This document shows, in pieces, positions 38,082-45,437 of a DNA stretch of 63,032 bases (the stretch's first letter is position 1; every line of letters starts with the position of its first letter). The notes beneath the pieces are model-generated. The model saw nothing but the letters and a program-made list of their open reading frames with translations, was not told the origin of the DNA and did no database searches. The DNA is from a virus (taxonomy: Duplodnaviria > Caudoviricetes). The translations under genes were made by a program, and so were the position numbers. The DNA lies in the IMG/VR virus record IMGVR_UViG_3300037246_001990, positions 1-63,032 of that record; one strand, written 5' to 3'.

Positions 38082-39761
38082 ATGTTTTCTGTATTTGTGA
38101 ATGACGGAACTAAAGAAATGCCAGACGACGATATTCTTTATATCGTTTGTAAAGAAGGAACTTATCTGAAAAAGAAACTTGGTATTATGGAAAGTATCAC
38201 CCCAGTCAAAAATATTTCGATTCTTAAAACAGTTGAAATGATGGCAACGATGCATATCAAACCCATACCAGGAACTCTATTCGCCCCAGTTATGGACTTC
38301 TTCTCCAAAGTATATGAGGAGCATAGGGGCGAGGCCATTGTTCTTCTCTTTTATAATGAAGAAAAGAGAGTCTATAAAATTGTTCCTCCCTCTCAAGAAG
38401 TAAGTGCGTCAGGGGTAGACTACATTAGAGCAATGACAATTGATGGTTATATAATGGTTGGTGATATTCACAGTCATGCAAACTTCTCCGCTTTTCATTC
38501 GGGCACAGATGATGCAGATGAAAAATCATTTGATGGTTTGCATATAACAATCGGAAATAATGGAGACGATGAAGTAAGTATCTCCGCTTCAATTGTATCA
38601 AATGGTCAAAGATTTATATGTAGCCCAGAAGATTATATCAATGGAGTTTTACGAACAGTTGATATAGATGAAGTAGTTGAAAAATCCTATGCTCAAACTT
38701 ATATATGGAATACAGACCTTAGAAAGTTAGTCCTTAAACCATCAACAAAAACCTATAAGGTTAAAAGGTTTGACAGAAGATATATATCAACTGTTTCTAA
38801 AAGATATCAAAAATGTCCAGATGAATGGTTGACACTCGTAACAAAGAAAAAATGGGCAGCATATACAACAGGAAGTTTTGGGTATGGAAGTGTTTATAAT
38901 AATTGGAATACTAGTAGATTTGATCCAGATGCATGGAAAAATCATAAAAATCAACAAGGTAAGATCCAACCCCCAGCGCTTCTTCCCGCAACAACCAAAC
39001 CAATTACATTCCCACCACATGCTCAAACAACTGGACCTATGGAAGAAATTATAGAAAAAGATTTCAATCCATGCGAAAAGTGTCCATTCGTTCAACATAA
39101 AGTTGATTGGCTTATGGAACAGATAGCTGCAGATGATGGATTAGATGAAATGAGCAAATATTTGGATAATGATGGAAATCCAATTGATTGGTATCAATGC
39201 GATAAGTGTTCACAAGTATTTTCCACGAGTGATGAATTTGCAGTATGTCCTAGCTGTAATGTGGATGATCATTTAATATTATTAGACGGACAAGATCTAG
39301 ATTTTAAAAATATGGAAGCCATCAATACAGGTATAGATATAGAAGGTATAGAGTGGTATCGATGTGAAGAATGTTCCGAAATATTCGATACAACTTCTTT
39401 GAGTCCTAAATGTCCAGTATGTAAAAAGGATGATTCTTTAGTATTGCTCCATCTTAATGGAAACTCAGCTCCGTATATACCTGAAGAAGTCAAAGAGTCC
39501 ATATCCACCTACCAATACAAGTGTAAAGAATGTGCGACACAAACAAGCATATTAAATCACGGGCAATGTCCATTTTGTGGTGGGGATGTTATGGATTCAA
39601 TTGATGTTGAAGCTTTAAAAGCAGCAGCAGCAGAAGATGAAACGATGGAAAGTATTCCACTTCCTGTACCCGGTGATAATAAAATTCCTTTGGGAAACAG
39701 GAAAAAACAAAAGCGGAAGCCTGGTCTTTTGGCCCGCATACTCATGAAGGGTAAGTCATGA
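38082..39761 (+). CDS. JAB/MPN+ metalloprotease with C-terminal zinc ribbons
   Basis: E...GDIHSHANFSAFHSGTDDADE (HxH...S..D); three CxxC-CxxC repeats. Confidence 0.85.
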   Translation: MFSVFVNDGTKEMPDDDILYIVCKEGTYLKKKLGIMESITPVKNISILKTVEMMATMHIKPIPGTLFAPVMDFFSKVYEEHRGEAIVLLFYNEEKRVYKIVPPSQEVSASGVDYIRAMTIDGYIMVGDIHSHANFSAFHSGTDDADEKSFDGLHITIGNNGDDEVSISASIVSNGQRFICSPEDYINGVLRTVDIDEVVEKSYAQTYIWNTDLRKLVLKPSTKTYKVKRFDRRYISTVSKRYQKCPDEWLTLVTKKKWAAYTTGSFGYGSVYNNWNTSRFDPDAWKNHKNQQGKIQPPALLPATTKPITFPPHAQTTGPMEEIIEKDFNPCEKCPFVQHKVDWLMEQIAADDGLDEMSKYLDNDGNPIDWYQCDKCSQVFSTSDEFAVCPSCNVDDHLILLDGQDLDFKNMEAINTGIDIEGIEWYRCEECSEIFDTTSLSPKCPVCKKDDSLVLLHLNGNSAPYIPEEVKESISTYQYKCKECATQTSILNHGQCPFCGGDVMDSIDVEALKAAAAEDETMESIPLPVPGDNKIPLGNRKKQKRKPGLLARILMKGKS

Positions 39762-40432
39762 ATATTAAAATTATAGGATTAGGCGGAGTAGGATCAATCC
39801 TAATTGAAAGACTATGTAGATTTTTAAACTATGGAGCAGAATTGTCTGCAGATATTACATTAGTTGATGGAGATTCTTATGAAGAGAAAAATTATGAACG
39901 TCAGGAGTTTTCAAGTTTTGGAAACAAAGCAGAGGTGAAAGCAACTGATTTACAAATTCAATATCCAAGACTCTCTATCGATGTATATCCTGCCTTCGTC
40001 AATGAAACGACACTATCAGATGTCATAAAAGAAGGCGATGTTGTATTTCTTTGTGTAGATAATCATAAAACCAGAATGATCGTAAACAATTACTGTAAAC
40101 AATTTAAAAATATTACCTTGATTTCTGGAGGGAATGAATTAACGGATGGAAACGTACAAACATATATTCGGAGAGAAAGTAAAGATTTAACTCCGGATCT
40201 GTGTTCATATCATCCTGAAATTGCAAATCCTGACGATAAGTTACCTGATGAAATGTCCTGTGAGGAATTATCTCATTCTGAACCCCAATTGTATTTTACA
40301 AATCTCGGGGTTGCCACGATAATGTGTTGGAGTTTCTATAATGCGATTGTCAAATCTAATTTGGAAGCTTCCGAGGTGTACTTTGATATGACAAGCATGA
40401 ATACTCGGGCACAAAATCGTTTAGTGAAGTGA
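39758..40432 (+). CDS. ThiF/E1-like ubiquitin-like activating enzyme
   Basis: IIGLGGVGS, DGDSYEEKNYERQ, NKA, CVDNHKTR, candidate catalytic Cys in MSCEE. Confidence 0.9.
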   Translation: MNIKIIGLGGVGSILIERLCRFLNYGAELSADITLVDGDSYEEKNYERQEFSSFGNKAEVKATDLQIQYPRLSIDVYPAFVNETTLSDVIKEGDVVFLCVDNHKTRMIVNNYCKQFKNITLISGGNELTDGNVQTYIRRESKDLTPDLCSYHPEIANPDDKLPDEMSCEELSHSEPQLYFTNLGVATIMCWSFYNAIVKSNLEASEVYFDMTSMNTRAQNRLVK

Positions 40433-40466
40433 ATTTCGAAATTCAATTTGAAAGGAATAGAAACAA

Positions 40467-40928
40467 ATGGCACGTTACAAGAGAGAAACATTAGAGGCAA
40501 AATCGGTAAAAGAACTTCGTCAACTGGTCGTCAAACTGGGTATCACCGGAAAGACCAAACTCCCTAAAGCCAGTATCATCGATGCGATCATGGGAACCGG
40601 CGGTGGAGGTGGAGGAGCATCTGTTACATCGGAAGCTCCCAAACCTATCCAAGGAATTGAGGGTAGCTTTCAAAGCTCAATGACCAAACCCGAAGCAGGT
40701 TTCGGGTTCAAAACCTCAACCACAGTGCAGGTTTCCTGTGGTGCTTCATCCGGCCGTTTTCCAGTCGTTGGTCGCACACTCGCCGAAGTTGGGGAATTCC
40801 TGCGGGAAGTCCTGAACGTCAGCAAACTCTCAACCGGTCTGGTTAACGGAAAAGAGCAAGATGGATCCTATGTCCTGGCAGACAAGGATGTTGTTGAATT
40901 CCTGAAACCAGCAGGAAAAAAGGGATAA
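40467..40928 (+). CDS. Ubiquitin-like (beta-grasp) protein fused to N-terminal Rho-N/HEH-like domain
   Basis: LEAKSVKELRQLVVKLGITG..KLPKASIIDAI, Gly linker, then VQVSCG...LVNGKE..YVLADKDVVEFLKPAGKKG ending in Gly. Confidence 0.7.
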   Translation: MARYKRETLEAKSVKELRQLVVKLGITGKTKLPKASIIDAIMGTGGGGGGASVTSEAPKPIQGIEGSFQSSMTKPEAGFGFKTSTTVQVSCGASSGRFPVVGRTLAEVGEFLREVLNVSKLSTGLVNGKEQDGSYVLADKDVVEFLKPAGKKG

Positions 40929-40945
40929 TCCCTTAAATTAGGAAT

Positions 40946-40972
40946 TTGGGGGATCCATTTTGGGTCCCCCAA
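40946..40972 (+). terminator. Stem-loop after the Ubl gene (terminator or processing site)
   Basis: TTGGGGGATCCA-TTT-TGGGTCCCCCAA inverted repeat; no long T-tail. Confidence 0.45.
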
Positions 40973-40996
40973 TACCAAAGAGAGGGGGAAATAATA

Positions 40997-41881
40997 TTGA
41001 CACTTAGAAAGATTGTAGTAATCGGTGTAGGATCTTTTGGTGGTTTTTTATGTAAACATCTTTCTGAGCTCGAATCTGTTAAACAACTTTATATTATAGA
41101 TGATGATATTATTGAAGGAAAAAATATAAGAAATTCAGTCTATACATTTTCACAAGTTGGAGAATATAAAGTTGATGCTTTAACCGAGATTGTTCAAGAT
41201 GATATCTCAGTATTAGGTTTTAGATCTAAATATGAAGAAGGAAAAACAAAACTCCCAAAAGCTGATTTAGTTATTGATTGTAGAGACGTAGTGTGCGACA
41301 GAGCAACAGATATAGATATAAGGTTTTATATATCTGGAAGAGTATTAATAATTGACTCTAGAAAAAATATAAAATGCCATCGTGAATATAAAGGGAAGTA
41401 TAGTATAAATTTAACCAAAAGTGAAATAAGGAAGGCAGCATTTTTCGCTGCGCAGATAATTAATAGTAATCAACTGACTGATCTGAGAAAAAATAAACCA
41501 ATACAAACAGTTGATCTTGATCTCATACCAGTATTTTTAAACAAATCAATAAAAGAAACTCTTGAAAATAAATCTGATTTGTTGTATGAAGTATTTGATC
41601 ACACTGATCGTATTCATGGATTAGAAGAACAGATTCAACCAATTATGCAAATAAACAAAACTGAAGACATCAAAGTCTTTATAGCTGAAAAGGAAGTACA
41701 AATCTTATCTAATCATTGTATCATTCCTAAAGGTTCATTACATACATCTACTGATCTAGTCGAATCTTTAACAAACTTAGTAAAACAACGAGGCGATTTT
41801 ATGAATTTTATAGTAGTCATGAAGGAGAATCCTGATGGATCTAGACACATTGAACTTCTTGAAGAAACCGGAGGAAGTTAA
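40997..41881 (+). CDS. Second ThiF/E1-like protein
   Basis: VVIGVGSFGG, DDDIIEGKN, YKVDAL, VIDCRD; start reassigned to TTG 40997 after GAGGGG; ends ETGGS. Confidence 0.75.
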   Translation: MTLRKIVVIGVGSFGGFLCKHLSELESVKQLYIIDDDIIEGKNIRNSVYTFSQVGEYKVDALTEIVQDDISVLGFRSKYEEGKTKLPKADLVIDCRDVVCDRATDIDIRFYISGRVLIIDSRKNIKCHREYKGKYSINLTKSEIRKAAFFAAQIINSNQLTDLRKNKPIQTVDLDLIPVFLNKSIKETLENKSDLLYEVFDHTDRIHGLEEQIQPIMQINKTEDIKVFIAEKEVQILSNHCIIPKGSLHTSTDLVESLTNLVKQRGDFMNFIVVMKENPDGSRHIELLEETGGS

Positions 41882-42281
41882 GGTAATTAAAAGCAATGTA
41901 TATCCGTTCAGAAAAATTCACATATATATAGGCAAAATAATACCAACAAGAGCAATACAAAATAGATGTGTTTTTGAGTTAACACACGTTCATGAAAGTA
42001 TGATTCTAGAAGGATTTGTTATAACCACATACTTGAAAGACGATCAAATAATATCAATTAATCTTTTTGGAGAACATCCAAACTGCAATGTAGATACAAA
42101 TACATATTGCTGGCCAGACCATAAAAAAGGATTGGTGTTAGACCAGGATACTTTATCAATGATGATAACAAACTTCAAAACTTATTATTTAGATGATTGT
42201 TACTTTACTCCAGGTCCTGCTTTGATTCATTATAAAAAATTAAACTCAATGAGCATACACCTCAATAAAGGAGAAGTCTGA
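41835..42281 (+). CDS. Possible UBC/E2-like protein
   Basis: HPNCNVDTNTYCWP resembles the E2 HPN...C motif; in the E1/JAB/Ubl cluster; start uncertain. Confidence 0.5.
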   Translation: MDLDTLNFLKKPEEVKVIKSNVYPFRKIHIYIGKIIPTRAIQNRCVFELTHVHESMILEGFVITTYLKDDQIISINLFGEHPNCNVDTNTYCWPDHKKGLVLDQDTLSMMITNFKTYYLDDCYFTPGPALIHYKKLNSMSIHLNKGEV

Positions 42282-42502
42282 TGCCACCACAAAAACCAGA
42301 AGGAGCATCTCTGTTAGAAGATTATATAAATCATTTGATAGATCAAAAATTACAAGAACATGGTTCTTCTATTAACAAAGAGGATGCAGAAGAAATTGTA
42401 AAGTTTTTAATGCCCGAATTTGAAAAACTGATTTCAAAAATTGTTCTCAAACATCTACGAGCAATTGCAACATACACACTAAAAGAACTAAAAGAGGAAT
42501 AA
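42281..42502 (+). CDS. Hypothetical protein
   Basis: ORF with GGAG RBS preceding beta' set 2. Confidence 0.6.
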   Translation: MPPQKPEGASLLEDYINHLIDQKLQEHGSSINKEDAEEIVKFLMPEFEKLISKIVLKHLRAIATYTLKELKEE

Positions 42503-42505
42503 ACC

Positions 42506-45181
42506 ATGCCAAAAATATTGGACTATGAAAAATTTTGTGAAGACCTAGAGGAAGTGACCTCTCTAAAAACTATTGGTAAAAGAAAATTTCATCCAGAAGG
42601 TTTATTCTCTGAACAAATCTTCGGTCCAGTAAAGAACTACACTTGTCAATGTGGCACATACTATGGAGTTTCAAGATCTGGAGGACAATGCGATATATGT
42701 GAAGTTGATATTACAAATAGCGATGTAAGAAGAACTAAATTTGCTAAAATAACTTTACCAATGAAAGTTGTCAATCCTCTGTTTTATGATTTATTAGTAG
42801 ATCTTGGAGGGAAGAGCTTCAAATCTGCCTTAGATGACTTAATGAAACAAGAGAAAAGTGTTCTTTATATGGATGAGGGTGAACATGTTGTTATAGTTAA
42901 TCCTGAGATATTATCGCCAGAAATTGAAACTTGGGAAAAAACAGATGCAATTGAGAAGTTAGTAACAGATGTTGCAACTACTATGGCAGAAGATGGTATT
43001 GCGGAATGGAAACTAATAAAGGATAATATCAATAATTTATTCCTTAGTAAGATAATTGTCCTACCACCAGACCTCAGACCAACATCAAAGAGTACAGGCA
43101 ACAGACAACTCATGGATAAAATCAATAGGTATTATGTCCAAATTTTAACTAAGAAAGAAATTATGAGAGAGACAACTATTGATATTAGATCAGATAAAAA
43201 TATGTATTACACATACTTCAAACAACTTCAAGGAGTTGTCGATGAATTATACGATCAGATATTAGCAAAGATGGCAAAGAAAGAAGGTTTAATAAGAGGA
43301 AATATTTTAGGGAAAAGAATTGATTTCTCTGGAAGAGCAGTAATATCTCCAGATCCAACTTTAAATCTTAACGAATGTGTGTTGCCATATTTAATGATTC
43401 TTGAAATGTTCAAATTGCCTATTGCAAGGAGAATAATTCAGCTTGGTAAATTCAAACTATTGAATAAAGCAATTGATTTTGTAGACAGATGCATAGCTAC
43501 TAATTCTCCAGTTTTATTTAAGGTTTGTGAGGAGATTGTCAAAGATGAGGTATGTATATTAAATCGTCAACCATCTCTTCATAGACTTGGTATGCTTGGA
43601 TTTAATATCAAAATTTCTTTAGATCAAGTTATTAAGATTCATCCTTTGGTTTGTCATCCATTTAATGCAGACTTTGATGGAGATCAAATGGCAGTTTATA
43701 TTCCTGTTACTGAGGAAGCAAAACAAGAAGTCATTGATAAAATGTTTGTAACTAAAAATTTAAATAGTCCGGCAAATGAAACCTTGACAACAATTCCAAA
43801 TCAAGATATAGTATTGGGAATATATTTCTTAACATCTGATAAATTTTCTAATGTGGATGGACATAAATTATTCAATGATTGTTTGCCCGATGATTATGTT
43901 AATATAACAGGTGTTGTTGATCAGAAAAAATTACTTGAGATCTTAAATCATATTAAAGATACATATTCATATGAACAGACTCAAAAAGTTTTAGATGATG
44001 TAAAGAGAATTGGATTTAAATATTCAACTCTTTATGGATGCACCTTATCATTAGAAGACTTCAACGATCAGCCATTCAGAGAATCTAGAGATGCTATATA
44101 TGCAAAACCAACAGTCAGAGAACAATTGGTTGGAGTTTCTAGTGATGAAATTACTAATGAGTTAAGAGAAAAATTTGCTTACTCATATATGATCGACTCT
44201 GGAGCAAGAGGAAGCTGGGATCAAGTCAAACAGTTAATTCTTACAAGAGGATTTGTAGCTAATTTCGATGGAGAAATATTACCATTACCAATCAAACACA
44301 ATCTAGTAGAAGGTCTCAGTCAAGAGGAATTTTTCTATTCAACATTTGGTTGTAGAAAGGGACTTCTTGATATTGCACTGAACACTGGAACCTCGGGATA
44401 TTTGTCAAGGAAATTAATCTTTACTTGTGCAAACCTTCAAATAGACTTGGAACTTGTAGATTGTGGAACCACTGATACACTTACAGTCAATGTTAAAGAT
44501 AAAAGAAAAGCAGCAATGCTTGTAAATAGATACTGTCTTTCGGAAGATGGCAAATCACTTTACAAAATCACAAAAGAAAATTGTAAAGATATTATTGGAA
44601 AACAAATTGAAATCAGAAGTCCAATATTATGTAAATCGCCAAAGATTTGTCAAACTTGTTATGGGGATCTTCATAAGTCTATTAACAGTAGATTCGTTGG
44701 AATTATAGCTGCACAAACCCTTGGAGAAAGAGCAACCCAATTAGTTCTAAGAACTTTCCATACATCAGGTTCAGCAATTATCAAAGGAGCTGAAGATAAT
44801 GTTCAAGATTCAATGAAGCAAAAAGACATTATTGGTGATCTGGCAACAGTTGCTTCACTTTTACATAAGTTCAAAAATAAAGATTATATAGATATAGTTG
44901 ATCAATTATTTCAAGCTTATGATGCAGATATTTATCACGTTCATTATGAATGTGTAGTTGCTCAGTTAATGTGGAAAGATTTTAAGAAATGGAGACTATT
45001 AAAAAATAGAGAAAAAGTTAAACCAAATTATTATAGTGTACAATCAGTTCCAAATCAAGAGTCATGGATTTTGGCTATGGCATTTTCAAATCCAAAGAGA
45101 TCAATCCTTCATGGCATCTTATATGAAGGAAGGTATTCTGGAGTTATGGATAAGATCTTAAAAGGCGAAAGAATAACATGA
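42506..45181 (+). CDS. rpoC: Multisubunit RNA polymerase beta'-like subunit (set 2)
   Basis: GLFSEQIFGP, Zn finger CQCG...CDIC, VLPPDLRP, GKRIDFSGRAVI, NRQPSLH, NADFDGDQM, GYLSRKL, TQLVLRTFHTSG. Confidence 0.96.
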   Translation: MPKILDYEKFCEDLEEVTSLKTIGKRKFHPEGLFSEQIFGPVKNYTCQCGTYYGVSRSGGQCDICEVDITNSDVRRTKFAKITLPMKVVNPLFYDLLVDLGGKSFKSALDDLMKQEKSVLYMDEGEHVVIVNPEILSPEIETWEKTDAIEKLVTDVATTMAEDGIAEWKLIKDNINNLFLSKIIVLPPDLRPTSKSTGNRQLMDKINRYYVQILTKKEIMRETTIDIRSDKNMYYTYFKQLQGVVDELYDQILAKMAKKEGLIRGNILGKRIDFSGRAVISPDPTLNLNECVLPYLMILEMFKLPIARRIIQLGKFKLLNKAIDFVDRCIATNSPVLFKVCEEIVKDEVCILNRQPSLHRLGMLGFNIKISLDQVIKIHPLVCHPFNADFDGDQMAVYIPVTEEAKQEVIDKMFVTKNLNSPANETLTTIPNQDIVLGIYFLTSDKFSNVDGHKLFNDCLPDDYVNITGVVDQKKLLEILNHIKDTYSYEQTQKVLDDVKRIGFKYSTLYGCTLSLEDFNDQPFRESRDAIYAKPTVREQLVGVSSDEITNELREKFAYSYMIDSGARGSWDQVKQLILTRGFVANFDGEILPLPIKHNLVEGLSQEEFFYSTFGCRKGLLDIALNTGTSGYLSRKLIFTCANLQIDLELVDCGTTDTLTVNVKDKRKAAMLVNRYCLSEDGKSLYKITKENCKDIIGKQIEIRSPILCKSPKICQTCYGDLHKSINSRFVGIIAAQTLGERATQLVLRTFHTSGSAIIKGAEDNVQDSMKQKDIIGDLATVASLLHKFKNKDYIDIVDQLFQAYDADIYHVHYECVVAQLMWKDFKKWRLLKNREKVKPNYYSVQSVPNQESWILAMAFSNPKRSILHGILYEGRYSGVMDKILKGERIT

Positions 45182-45188
45182 GAAAATA

Positions 45189-45437
45189 ATGAGAGATCCA
45201 AAAAGAATACCCGAAATACTCGATGAACTAAAGGGGATCTGGGGAGCATTTCCAGATCTCCGTTTAGGGCAACTGATAATAAATGTAATAGACTCACAAA
45301 TGTCAGGAAATTCAATTGAAGTAGACCAATCATTCTATTACATAGAAGATGAAAAATTAATACAACATTTCAGAAACTATCTTTCGGAGGTCAAATATAT
45401 TGAACCTAATAAATCCAATGTTCAAAATAAAAAATGA
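45189..45437 (+). CDS. Small phage protein (YihD/DUF1040-like)
   Basis: MRDPKRIPEILDELKGIW..PDLRLGQLI. Confidence 0.6.
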   Translation: MRDPKRIPEILDELKGIWGAFPDLRLGQLIINVIDSQMSGNSIEVDQSFYYIEDEKLIQHFRNYLSEVKYIEPNKSNVQNKK

